NCBI RefSeq assembly: GCF_018350175.1
Contig: NC_058368.1
Location: forward strand, 10,726,001 to 10,790,000
Reading direction: 5' to 3'
Origin: Felis catus
Taxonomy: Eukaryota
DNA length: 64,000 nucleotides
Made by a program: the position numbers and the translations under genes. The stretch's first letter is position 1; every line of letters begins with the position of its first letter. Positions 37,868-50,639 of this stretch are shown piece by piece. The notes under the pieces are model-generated. The model saw only the letters and a program-made list of their open reading frames with translations. It ran no database searches and was not told the origin of the DNA.

Positions 37868-40800
37868 TCTGTGTAATAGCAACAGAATACACATTCTGTT
37901 CAAAGGTACATAGAACATTCTCTGGGAAAGATCATATGTTACATTATAAAACAAGTGTTAATAAATTAAAGAACACTACAATCATTTCAATAACCTTTTC
38001 TGCCCACAATGGTATGAAAGTGGAAATAAGTAACAGGTGGAAAACTAGAAAATTCACAAGTATGTGGAGGTGAAACCACATGCTTTTGAATAATTGAAGA
38101 GTCAAAAAGAAATTAAAATTTGAAATAAAAAATATCTTGAGCAAAGGAAAATGGAAACAGAGAATAATAAAATGTATAGAATGCAGCAAAAGCAATTCTA
38201 AGAGGAAAGTTTATAGCAATAAACACTTATGTTAGGGAAAAAAAAGAAATATCTCAAGTAAACAACCTAATATTATACCTCAAGTGATTAGAAAAAGAGG
38301 AACAAACTGTTACCAAGTTAGTAGAAATGAAAATGGTCACAGTGGAAATAAATGAACGGGAGACTAAAAAGGCAATAGAAAAGATAAACAAAACTAAAAG
38401 CTGGTTTTCCTAAAGATAAAAAAAAAAGCTGACAAATTTTTAGCTAGACTAACAAAAAAGAGAAGACTCAAATATATAAAATCAGAAATAAAAGTAAGAC
38501 ATTATAACTGATAGCACAGAAATGCTAAGAATCATAAGAAACTATTAGGAACAACTCATATCAACAAATTAGATAGCCTAGAAGAAATGGATAAATTCCT
38601 AGAAACATATAACCTACCAATCATGAGGAAACAGGAAATCCAAACAGATTAATTACTAGTAAGGAGATTGAATCAGTAATCAAATATTTTCCAATAACTA
38701 CAAAAAAGCCCAGTACCAGACGGCTTACTGGTATATCAAACATTTAAGGAATATTTAATACCAATTCTTCTCAAACTCTTCTAAAAATTAGAAGAGGAGA
38801 GAATACTTACAGACTCATTTTATGAGGCCAGCATTACCCTGACACCGAAGCCAGACTAGGACACTACAAGAAAACAAAATTATAGGCCAGTATCTCTGAT
38901 AAACATAGATGCAAAATCTTCAACAAATATTAGCAAAGTGAACTCAACAATAAATTTAAGGAAAGAATCATACACCATGATCAAGTGGGATTTATTCCAG
39001 GGATATAAGGATGGCTCAGCATCCATAAATATGTCAATGTGTTAAGCTACATTACCAAAATAAAGCATAAAAATTATATGGTCACCTCAATAGATACAGT
39101 AAAAGCATTGGACAAAATTTAACATCTTTCTATGATCAAAACTCTCAACAAGTTATTTATAGAAGAAATGTACTTCAACATTATGGAACGTATCTATGAC
39201 AAGCCCAGAGCCAATATCGTACCTAACAGCAAAAAGCTGAAAGTTTTCGTTTTAATCAGAAACAGGACAAAAACCCTAAAGATTTCACCAAAAAAAAAAA
39301 ACCTGTTGGAAAAAATAAGTGAATTTCTAAAGTTGCAGGATACAAAACTGACATTTTCTATACACTAACAATGAACTATTAGAAAAATGAAGAAAACAAT
39401 TCTATTTACAACAGCATCAAGAACAAAATGTTTAGGAATCAATTTCACCAAAGAAGTGAAAGATCTAGACCCTGAAAACCATGGAACTAAAAGAACCTGA
39501 AGACGACAGAAGTAAACAGAGGTATTTGATGTTCGTGGATTTGGAGAATTAGTATTGCTAAGATGTCCATTCTCCTCAATGTAACCTTCAGATTCAACAC
39601 AATCCCTGTCAAAATTCCAACTGAATATTTCACAGAAACAGAGAAGACAATCCTAATATTTGTACGGTGCTACAAATAACCTTGAATAGTCAAAGCAAAC
39701 TTATGAAAGAAGAACAAACCTGGAAGCATCACACTGATTTCAAACATTACAAAACTCTAGTAATCAAAAACAGTACGGTCTTGGCATTAAAACAGACACA
39801 TACGTCCATGGAACAGAACACATACGACCATGGAACACATACGTCCATGGTCAATTCATATTGGACAAAGGAAACAACAATGTATAATGAGGAAGTGATA
39901 GGGTCTTTAATAAGTGGTGATGGAAAACTGGATATCCACATGGAGAATAAAGACCCCTATTTCACACCACACACAAAAGCCACCTCAATGTGGATTAAAA
40001 ACTTGAACACAAGACATGAAACCATACAACTCCTTGAAGACAACATTAGGGTAAGTTCTTTGACATTGGTCTTGGCAATAATTCTTTGATTTCATACCTA
40101 GCAAAGGCAACAGAAGCCAAAATAAACAAGTGGGACTCTATCAAACAAAAAAACTTCTGCAAAGCAAAGGCAACTAACAAAATAAAAAATGCAGACTCTG
40201 AAGTGGGAGAAAATATTTTCAAATTTAATAAGGTGTTAATACCCAAACTACAGAAGGAAAAAAATACACTCAATGGCAAAAAAACCAAATAATTCAATTA
40301 ACAGTTTTCCAAAGGCATACAAAAGGCAAACAGGTACATGAAAATGTACTCAATATCACTCGTCATCAGAGAAATGCAAATCAAAGCCACAAGAGATATC
40401 ACCTCACACCTGTCACAATGTCTATTATCAACAATGTCAGAAAGGATATGGAGCAAAGGGAACCTACGTACACTATTTTATGTAAACAATGTAAATTGGT
40501 ACAACCACTATGACAAATTTTTTAGTCACTAACTCGGGAAATTAAAAATAGAACTACCATATGGTCCAGCAATCCCACTTCTGGGTATATACTTTTAAGA
40601 AGGAAGTCACTGTCTTGAAGAGATATATGCACTCGCATGTTCATTGCAGCGATATTTACAATAGCCAAGACATGGAAACCCTAAAGTGCCTGTCAATGGC
40701 TCAACGCAAAAAGAAAATGTTATCTATCTATCTATCTATCCATCCATCCATCCACACATACACACACACGGAGTTGGATATTATTCAGCCTTTAAAAAGA

Positions 40801-41108
40801 AGGAAACAATGCCATTTGCAAGAACCTGGATGGTCCTAGAGGGCATTATGCTAAGTGAAATAAGCAGAAAGAGAAAGACAAATACTGCATCGTACCACTT
40901 ATATGTAGAATCTAAGAACAAACACAGAGCTCCTAGTAATGGAGCGTAGAAAGGTGGTTGCCAGAGTCTGGGGGGGCGGGGGAAATAGAAAGAGGTCAGT
41001 AAACATTACAAACTGTCAGTTATAAGATGGATAAGGTCTGAGTATCTAATGTGTAACATGATGACTATGGTTAATAATACTGGGTTGTATCATTAAAATG
41101 TGCGAAGA

Positions 41109-41314
41109 GGGGCGCCTGGGTGGCGCAGTCGGTTAAACGTCCGACTTCAGCCAGGTCACGATCTCACGGTCCGTGAGTTCGAGCCCCGCGTCGGGCTCTG
41201 GGCTGACGGCTCGGAGCCTGGAGCCTGCTTCCGATTCTGTGTTTCCCTCTCTCTCTGCCCCTCCCCCGTTCATGCTCTGTCTCTCTCTGTCCCAAAAATA
41301 AATAAACGTTGGAA
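41109..41314 (+). mobile_element. Young felid SINE nested in L1 3'UTR
   Basis: Perfect TSD aaaatgtgcgaaga at 41095-41108 and 41315-41328. Confidence 0.97.
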
Positions 41315-41949
41315 AAAATGTGCGAAGAGAGTAGCACCTAAGTGTTTTTTTACCAGAAACAGAAAATATAAGAGTAGAAGGTAAATATGAGGTGATTGAC
41401 ATGTTAATCCACTCAATGGTGGGAGCCCTTTCACATTGTATATGTATATCAAATCATTGTGTGGTACACTTTAAATACATTACAATTTTTTTTGGTCAGT
41501 TAAGCCTCAATAAAGCTGAAGAGAATTTTCTTTACAGAAATATTCCTCCCTCTTCTATGAGTGTTAGGATGTTTTCACGTAGTAATTGTTTGATGTGAAT
41601 CTTCTACAGGGCAGCACCTGGTACATACTGTCCTAAATTCCCTGGACTTCCCTGATTCCCAACCACAACTTTGTTGTTGAACTTTTTCTTGGATTCTGTG
41701 AATTACTCCACGCCCTCCCCCACCCCAATCCCCCATTTGCTTTTGCTATTTAACTCAGCCAGCATCAGATTCTGTGGCTAATGCATGTTGATGAGGTCTA
41801 TGAAGATGAAATGAGATATGCCACCAAAGGCATTTAGCATAATGAGTAGCATGCGAGTGTTTAGTAATGTTCACTACACTTATAATTGCATTAAAATAGT
41901 CGCATCCTCTGCTCCTACTGTTTTGTCTGTTCAGTGAGTGATACAGGAT

Positions 41950-42390
41950 GGTAAATGGAGACATGGAGTGATCAAGTGCTAATCAAGTAAGGGATGCTCT
42001 GGGCGCACAGAGGGAAAGGGACTTAACACAGGAGAAGGACTCAGGGAACACATCATGGAGAAGAGACACCTAAGAGACACCTATATTTCAACCTAAGTTG
42101 AAATATAGAGGATGAACCAGAGAGGGAGCCAGGCAGGAAGGAGTACTGGGGTAGCCAGGGGTCAGTAGGAGTTATTTGAAGCAAGGGAACAATGTATACA
42201 AAGATCCCGAGGGAAACAAAGTGAAGTATTTTTATGGAACTGAAACACATTGGTCTGGATAATGCTGGAGAAGTAACAACAGAACAGGCAGAGCTTCGTA
42301 AACCAGGTTAAGTTTCCACTCTGTCCTAAGAGCAAGGAAGAATTGTTGAAGTATTTAAAGCATGAAAATCACATGATCATGGTCATAAGC
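41950..42390 (-). mobile_element. L2 relic
   Basis: Purine-rich L2-like motifs, e.g. tgtcctaagagcaaggaagaattgttgaag. Confidence 0.6.
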
Positions 42391-42410
42391 TTTAGAAACA
42401 TCTTCCTTTT

Positions 42411-42629
42411 CTTTTTTTAAATTCTCTAATGGTTATTTATATTTTAGAGAGAGAAAGAGAGCACACTCGAGAGGGGAGGGAAGAGAGACACAGACAGAAC
42501 CTGAAGCAGGCTCCAGGCTCCAAGCTGCAAGCTGATGGCACAGAGCCCAATGCAGGGCTTGAACTCATGCGCAGTGAGATCATGACCTGAGCTGAAGTAG
42601 GGCACCTAACTGACTGAGGCACCCGGTGC
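42411..42629 (-). mobile_element. Can-SINE, left member of a tandem pair
   Basis: Flanked by identical ttagaaacatcttcctttt copies. Confidence 0.93.
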
Positions 42630-42648
42630 TTAGAAACATCTTCCTTTT

Positions 42649-42882
42649 TTTTTTTTTTTTTAAATTTTTTTAATGTTTACTTATTTTTGAGAAACAGAGA
42701 GACAGCATAAGAGGGAGACAGGCAGAGAGAGAAAGAGAGAGAGGGAGACACAGAATCCAAAGCAGGCTCCAGGCTCTGAGCTGTCAGCACAGAGCCTGAC
42801 GCGGGGCTCGAACTCACGGAGTATGAGATCATGACCTGAGCTGAAGTCGGCTTCCTAACCGACTGAGCCACCCAGGAGCCCC
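42649..42882 (-). mobile_element. Can-SINE, right member of a tandem pair
   Basis: Typical body; right flank tggaaacgtctttct is a diverged target copy. Confidence 0.95.
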
Positions 42883-43519
42883 TGGAAACGTCTTTCTGAT
42901 GTGGAAGAAATGAAGCTCGGATTAGAGCTGCCAAAATCAGCCATAACACTGGCTGCACAGATCTCGGATACACACACTGACATCCATATATAGAAAGAGA
43001 CAGACTAGGTATTCAAACAACGAATTCAAATTCAAAAAGAATTTGCTCAGCATTAATAGGCTGAAATTAATCACAGGAAAAATCAGGTTTTTTTTTTATA
43101 ACTCGAGTGGAAAAATATAATCTTCTACAACAAATGTTAGAAAAGAAATGGCTAGACTCTTTAACATATAGGTTCCCGTTCCACAAAGGTAATAGCCAGG
43201 GGAAGATGCTACATTATCTGTAATCTTTAGAATTTGGCCCCCCTTGGCTGGCCTCCGTCAGCACTTCCGACTCGTGCTCTCCTGGTGGCAGGAACGTGAA
43301 CATCCCTTAACTTCTCTCTTCATTGCTCCAAGAAGAGCAATGTCAACACGGCATTATCAACTCTTCATATACTTATGCCCACAACATTACTTCCCCCTTT
43401 GAGGCCTCATGTCTTAGACAGTTGTAACTTACTGCTTCAAGACCAGGGTGAGTCAAAGTGTAAGGAAGGCCCTCTTCGATTCCACGTTTGCTACTGTACA
43501 GAGAATCAACGGAAGGCAG

Positions 43520-43780
43520 GCAAAACTGAGGGACGGGGACCCCAGTTTCGAGATGATGGTAATCTCAATTTGAAGAGCGGGAATAGGAATGGATTTGAGA
43601 AACACTAGGAATGGAGTCAGTGGAACACGGTGGTTTATCAGGAAAGGGTACGAGGAAAAACTGAGGAAGAGTGAAACCAGGGACGACACCCAGGTGTCTG
43701 TCTCGGGTGACTGTGGGCGATGCTGACATTTTATGAAAAGAAACACAGGTAGACGAACAGACATAGTAGAGGATGGAATC
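43520..43780 (-). mobile_element. L2 relic
   Basis: ccagtttcgagatgatggt...gacgacacccaggtgtctg motifs. Confidence 0.6.
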
Positions 43781-44579
43781 CTGTCTGAACGTGCCGCACG
43801 TGAATGTCTGTTACCATGTGCCAAATGCTCCCCTTTCTCTCTCTGTAGAGCCCTCCCCTGCTTCATGATGCAGAGTGGCCACATGGACCTTACAGGCATA
43901 AAGTTCAAGACTCAGACGTCTTCCCAGCAAGTCTGGATCCCAGAAAGAAAACGATACAGAACCACAGCTTACGCAAGATGAATGCGTAGTGTGGGTAAAA
44001 AATAGCTTTTGTTTAAAAAAAAAAATTGAAAGCCCTTGAGGTCATTTGTTTCCTTATGATAACCTAGTCTGTACTTATTGTTACACCGTCTCAGTGGCCT
44101 TTGCGTATAGAGCACCCACTCTGAGAAAGGACATCAGGGTAGAAGATGCAGATCTAGGCAACTTCAGTAGTTAGAGAGTAATCACATTCACTAGAGACAC
44201 TGAGCTTTGCTAGAGAGATTACATTTAGAGCAGTAAGAGCGTATAAGTGAAAAGATAAGACCAAGGAATTTGGTGCATACGTAACTGAAGAGCCCAAAGG
44301 CGAAACCACAGGACAAGGAGACCATCCAGAAACTAGCAAGAGCAGAAACCCACTACCACTTTTTGGCTTAGAAAGACCAAGAGAGTTCATTGCCAGTGTC
44401 CCTGGCAGAAGCTGGAACCATGGTGGGCAAGAACTGAAGGCGACAGAGCTGCTATGGGAGATGCCACCACCACAGAGACACCAGAGAGGAGAATGAAGAC
44501 CTGATTCTCCCTTCTTCAAATCCTCCAGACTCCCCCAAGTGCTTCCCAGGCCTGTAGAAGCCAGCCTCTCTCTGATACA

Positions 44580-44950
44580 AAAACTACCTGGATTTCAGAC
44601 TAAGTCTTCCCTCTGCCGTTGTGCAGCAGCAACCTGATTCCCCTTGAAAAATGAGATTTACCAGAGCCAGTAAAGCAACCTCCCAACTGTCTACTGGTTC
44701 AAGAGCACGAGGAGCCCAAGTAGCCAAGTAACAGTCCTAATTCCAATTTACTGCTAGCGCTGTTGTTTTTCCTTGGAGAAACATTCCTCACTTGGTTGCA
44801 GGAATGGAAAGCGAAAATTCAGACTGTGCTATGAGGTATAATAGTAAGAGTGGCCATGACCAGTTCCACTGCTTAGATCCAGGACCTATATATTGTGACT
44901 GTGGGAGAAACAGCATCATACACTGGTTACTGGCTCAAGGCATAGACTGG
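44580..44950 (-). mobile_element. ERVL/MaLR-type internal fragment (3' pol region), decayed
   Basis: Antisense reads tatgatgctgtttctcccacagtc and ttaggactgttacttggctacttgggctcctc, resembling ERVL-int; LTR-like sequence at about 44310-44560. Confidence 0.65.
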
Positions 44951-45546
44951 AGCCACAGGTGAGTTTTCACTGGCTCTGGGTTGATATAACCCTTAGGGAC
45001 ATAAAATATCACTATCATGTTTAGTGTGTAGGCACAGAAAGATCTAGGTTTAGGTACCAATTCTGCCACGTACTGAGATTTCACACACCTAACGCAACTC
45101 TTCTGAGATGTATTTTACTCATGTGTTAACTGAGAATTTATAAATGCCAACAGGACATTGCTTGGATAAATACACGGAAGGTGAAAATATCCAGGAAAAT
45201 AACAAGTCATGAGGTAGAGAGAATGACTTCAAGCCAGGTGCTCAGTGAACAAATGACAGGATGGCAGTGAGAAGAGGTGGAGGAAAGTATAGGAAAAGGG
45301 CATGAGACTCAGAATCAGGGACATTACTTCTGTGTCTTTCCTAATGTTTTCAGTTGGAATGCCTTAGCCTGCAGCCTCCTTCATATATAGAAATCCTGTT
45401 CCTCTTTCAAAGATCAGCTATGAAGTTCTGCTCAATGAAGTTCTCCATGAAGTTCTGCTCAATGGGAAACACCACGAACAACTCAAACCGTATTTATTGA
45501 GGACTTGCCATGAGCAGACTCCTGTGCTAAAAAATATAATGAGGCC

Positions 45547-46050
45547 CAGCTATCAAGTGACAAGAAGACACAGAGGAAACTTAAGTGCCTAGTGCTTGCT
45601 AAGTGACAGAAGTCAGCCTGAAAAGGCTACGTACTGTACAATTCCAACTACGTGACTTTCTGGAAAAGGCAAAACCGTGGCAACAGCGAAAATGTGGTTT
45701 CCAGGGATTAGGAAGGGAAGAAGGGGTGACAAGGTGGAACACAGAGAATTTTTAAGCCATGAAACTATTCTGTATAATAATACAAAGGTGGATACATGCC
45801 CTTATACATTTATCAAGATCTATAGAACTGCGCAAAGGGTAAACCTTAATATAAATGATTGGTCCTCATTAATAATAATGTCCCTGTGTTGGCTCATCAG
45901 TCGTAACAAGAGGCTGACACCAATGCAAGATGTTAACAATAGGAGAAAGTGGTGATGGGGGAAGGGTACATTGCAGTTCTCTGACCTTTCTGCTAAATTT
46001 TCCTATCAGCCTGAACCTGCTCTAAAAAACCGAGTCCATTAATTCAAAAA
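45547..46050 (+). mobile_element. L1MC-like 3' end nested in an L2 relic
   Basis: ctgaaaaggctacgtactgt, tctggaaaaggcaaaacc, caagatgttaacaatagg motifs. Confidence 0.88.
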
Positions 46051-46760
46051 GTATAAAATGGGGTCTGCACCCTACTGCTCTAAAATTGAAAACCTGAGGA
46101 GAGATGCTGTCCACAAAATAATTTGCATGAGAGTGCGCACTATATTAACGCACAGACAATAATCATAAAAATTCAGGTGGGAAAGTACTCTAAGGACTGA
46201 GGCGTTGCCTTGATGGAAGGGGGGAGCTTGGACAAGAAAGGAATTTGGGGGCAATCTGAACTATGTGGAATTAGAAGTGCCAAAAATGATATGTTTGAAG
46301 CCTCTTGATGGCTGTAGTTTGCTTTTGTTTACATGTAACTAAAGTTTTTAATTACCTAGCCTTGGGAAAGAAGAGAAAAATGAATGTCAAATTTGATTCT
46401 GAACTGCAGGTAATAACCTTGTACTTGTTATTACTAAGCTATTTGCAAGGATAATTTACTTCTTAGAGCTACCTGACTTTGTCTCCCTGAGAAGCTGAAA
46501 TAGTCAGGTGGGCCCCTAAATCTATTGTAATATCCTCAGGGAAACGACCCTGCTTTTGCTGTCAGGGGTGGTGGGTGCATGGAGGGTGGGTAGCAACATT
46601 GAAAACACGGAGTCCTGGCCAAGAGTGGGACTACAAGGCGCATGTCCTTGGTTGCTCAAACAATGTTTGACACTGGTTCTCCCTGGAACAACTATTCGGT
46701 CAAGGCCCAGAATCAGCTAAAACCAGGTCTCAGAAGGTTCATTTATATTTTATTCATCAC

Positions 46761-47318
46761 TGTAATAATTTGTTAAAGCTGCCATAACAAAGGACAACAG
46801 AGGAGGCAGCTTAAACAATGGGAATTTATTTTTTCATAGTTATGGAGGCTGGAAGCCCAAGATCAAGGTGCTGGCAGAGTTGTTTTTGTCTAAGCTGCTC
46901 TCCTTGGCTTGGAGATGGATGGCCATCTCTTTCCAGTGTCTTTAAATGATCTTCCCTTTGTGTGTCTGTGTACTAATTTATAAGGACACCTGTCATGCTG
47001 GATAAAGACTCACCCTAAATGCCCATTTTATTTTCATTATTTTTTAAAATATTTATTTTGGGAGAGCACAGTGGGGGAGGGGCAGGGGATCTGAGGCGGG
47101 CTGTGTACTGACAGGCTGACACCAGTGAGCCTAATGTGGGGCTCAAACTCACAAACTGTGAGATCATGACCGGAGCAGAAGTCAGAGGCTCAACCAAACG
47201 AGCCACCCAGATGCCCATTTTAACTGAATTATTTCTTCAAAGAGCCTATGTCCAAACACAGTCACATTCTGAAGTATTGATGATGAGAACTTTCACATAC
47301 ATATTTCAGCCCATAATA
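46761..47318 (-). mobile_element. MLT1B-like ERVL-MaLR solo LTR containing a SINE
   Basis: gctgccataacaaa, ggaggctggaagcccaagatcaaggtg; perfect 5-bp TSD atcac. Confidence 0.9.
47031..47210 (-). mobile_element. Short-type felid Can-SINE
   Basis: TSD atgcccatttta at 47019-47030 and 47211-47222. Confidence 0.92.
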
Positions 47319-47589
47319 ATCACCAGCCATGTGTATTCTGAGACAAATGCTGCCCTCAAGAACCTTATGTTCTGGGACTAAGGGTAGAAAATTATGAGAT
47401 GATCAGTTATTGCTGTTACTTAACAACAATCAATAATAGTTAATTATTGAACACTTAGTGTTGGCTAGGCACTAGGCTAGGTGCTTTAAGTAGACTGGTG
47501 ATGTCTGACTTTAGAGCCCCTTACAACCTTCTTTTTTTTTTACTTCACCAATAAATCAGCATTCCTCCTTTTTCGAGGATTAGGTACTT

Positions 47590-48022
47590 CACGGGGAGAT
47601 ATCTATCCATGGGTCTCTTGTGTTTCTGCAGATCTTGTGAGCAGGGGCATCGACTGACTTTGTTCTGAACTATCTTTTCAAGGATGTTCATAGAGATAAG
47701 TGCCTTGAAAGACAGTGATAGTATCTTCCTCAGGAGTAAGAGCTGGCATAATTATTTCCCCATTATAAAAGTTTTGTGTTCCTTAAACTTCGGGATCCTC
47801 TCTTGTAACACAACCTACTTTGACTACTGATGTAACCTGGCCTCTGTGTGTTGCCTGTAGGACTTGGAGTTCTAGAACTGTTACTTATACTGCTGTGACT
47901 AATCAAGTCCTTTGTCTCTGACCTAGGAGTCTTGTGTCTTCTACCAGCATCTTGGAAATGGTAGCAAGCTAACATGTGAGGTTACAGGTAGGGAAAAGTC
48001 TCCTAACCTTCACAGTTCTTGA
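47590..48022 (+). mobile_element. ERVL-type solo LTR (MER76-like; subfamily uncertain)
   Basis: tgtctctgacctaggagtcttgtgtcttc...ccttcacagttcttga end; internal tataaaa. Confidence 0.7.
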
Positions 48023-49522
48023 TTCTCATTTAGTCTGGCCATGTGAGTAGATTGGGAATAGTGGGGATAAGTCATTTCCACTGAATAGTTAACATTTACT
48101 AGGTCAGTTTCAATGGAACAGAAGTTTCATGTCCACATGTGAAGGAAATCAGGCTGGAACAGAAGTGGTCATGAGTCAGGCTGTAGGAATCAGATTCCCT
48201 GCAGAATAGTTGGATGTCTCTGGCAATTAAGAGGGAGTCATGGGAAGATTCAGAGTGGGTGAGGGTGAATGGGACGATGAGGGAGAAAGACAAACAGGTG
48301 AATTATTTTAGACTGATTGCATGGTGAAAAGCTTAAAGTACAGGAGGAATGGCTAAGAGAGGTTTTTCTATGCACAAAGTGATAAGAAATTAGACTACAA
48401 AGAGGAAAAGAAATTTTAAACACAAGGAGAAAAGGGCTGATGGCAAAAGAATGAACGTTTATTGAGCTTCTGTGTTCCTAAGTTGACAAGGAGTATAAGA
48501 TAGTGACTTACTGACTGACTAGAAGTGGGAGGTTCCCAGTCATAGGCAAGGTAGCCGGGACGGAGGCAGTGGGCTTTGAGGCACGAGCAGAAATGGGCTT
48601 CGCACAGGCAGCACATAAGCTGCTGCCTCATTAAGTCTCTCAATGTGAAGTCATGGTGAGAAGCAAATCTTAAGTGACCAATATGGCAGACTGAGGCAAA
48701 CCAGAGTGAATGATGGAAAAGTCGCCGGTAGAGTAGGTACCAGATGTGCTACGAGGTAAATAAGGAATGCAATCTAGTAGGTCTTACTTTCCTTGTGGGA
48801 TCTTATACCATATTTTATTCCACTTTTTATTTAGTTCCGTCCAGCTTTTTATTGTGGGCAGCTCAAGTCTCTTCCAGGCAATTTTGTTTGTGTTCATGGG
48901 ACAGTTCTTCTCTGGCCTTCGTCAGGCCTCCCTAGACTAGCTTAGATGCTATATATTCATTGCCCTTTGTATTTGGGGTCAGATTCAAGCTGGAGTCCTC
49001 TCGGTTCAAAGAGCACTGATTCCATACTTTCCTTGGTAACGTCTTGATTACAATTTCCAGAAAATTACAGAGAAGAGGAAGCTGAAAGAAAGATAGGAGG
49101 GAAAAAGTTTGAGGATGACATCAAAGTCTTATATTTAACTGATGAGATTGTTGGTGGCAGAATATGGACTTAGAATAGGGGCCGGTTTGCGGGGAGGAAG
49201 AGGTGGGATTTAGGGCCGCACATCTTCCATTCTACATTTTCCTCTTTCATACTTTCATACCTGCCCACATTATTACCACTACCAAAACCTCTTATTCTCT
49301 TGTTGTGTTTGTTAAGTGGCCAGGAGTAGTGTCAAAGAATGAACAATGTTCTGAGTTGTGCTTTAGATTTTCAAAGCATCAGAAGCACCTTCAGTTTACT
49401 TGATCATAATCAACAGCAGCAGGAAGAAAACAGATAAGCTATTCCAAACCTCAGAATTTAGACTGACTTTTTTATAGTGGATAGGGAACAGAAGGCCTGA
49501 ATTATAGACTGAAAATGCTTTA

Positions 49523-49733
49523 TTTTTTAAAAACTTTTTAATGTTTATTCTTTGAGAGAGAGAGCATGAGCAGGGGAGGGGCAGAGAGAGAGAGGGAGAC
49601 ACAGAATCCAAAGCAGGCTCCAGGCTCTGAGCCATCAGCACAGAGCCTGATGTGGGGCTCGAACTCACAAACTGCGAGATCACGATCTGAGCCGAAGTCG
49701 GACGCTTAACCGACTGAGCCACCCAGGCGCCCC
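49523..49733 (-). mobile_element. Can-SINE (felid type)
   Basis: TSD agactgaaaat(g/a)cttta at 49506-49522 and 49735-49751. Confidence 0.96.
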
Positions 49734-50639
49734 AAGACTGAAAATACTTTAAAAAACATAGCAAGTTTATTCTAAATCAGATACGTTTGGTGTGGTTAGC
49801 AATAAATACAATTAATGCACTATCTCTATCTCCTACATGCTTTTCACCTTTTGCAAAGACCTAACCTTTTTCTCCCAAAAAAGCTGTCCACACAAACATA
49901 AAGTTTTACACTTTCAGACAACGTCTTGTCATACAGCTATGTGACATGATGAGTCTTTATCTGTTTTCCCTGAATGGAAAGACAGCAGACACTTAGGACA
50001 GACTAGCACAAATGTTTTGAAGACTGTTTCTTCAGCTGATTCATTATCTCACGAGAGCTCTTTGTTGATTTACTAGACCCTAAATTCAGCTGTCTAATCA
50101 GTACGCAGAAGGATTTATAACACAGCACCCCAAAAATAGAGTACTTTCAAATTTAAAGAGACTGCTCCTTATTTGTTCCTACTAAAATATGATTCTCTTC
50201 TTAAAGTGATACTCATGTCCCTCATTTTATAGTTTCCTTTTTTTAAGGAAGAGGCTTACATTTTTTGTTTCCACATTATTTTGAGAGTTACACCTTCTCT
50301 AATCTGTATGTCACAGATTCAAAGCTTTAAGCCAATAGCGTTTATGTTACCAAAGATGCCAATTACAGAGAGTTATGACTAAAAGAGACCCATGGCCACC
50401 ATACAATTATCTGAAGCATATATTATGTATATTATGGTAAGTACAACTAAGATAAGAAAGTACAAATAACAGATGAAGCCATAAAGGTTATGTTAAAAAA
50501 AAAAAACCTTAAAGAATCTAAATTGAGTTTCATGGCTTAAAACTAAGGAGGCCAGGGGCAAAGGAGAGACCTGGAGAAAATCTAGAATCTCATCCTTCTG
50601 CCAACAAGTTGGTAAAGCATATAGAGGAGTGCCTGTAGG

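Larger units (their letters stand above)
33900..41525 (+). mobile_element. Older near full-length inactive LINE-1 (L1MA9/L1_Carn-like) with nested insertions
   Basis: 5'UTR, ORF1 remnant at about 35080-36180, ORF2 remnant from about 36885 (ataattactctaaatgtaaat), 3'UTR ending cctcaataaagctg; many stops and deletions. Confidence 0.9.

Noticed and set aside
37646..37876. ORF ending in poly-Glu/Asp
   Set aside because: The acidic tail is only the (GAA)n(GAT)n microsatellite; no recognisable domain.
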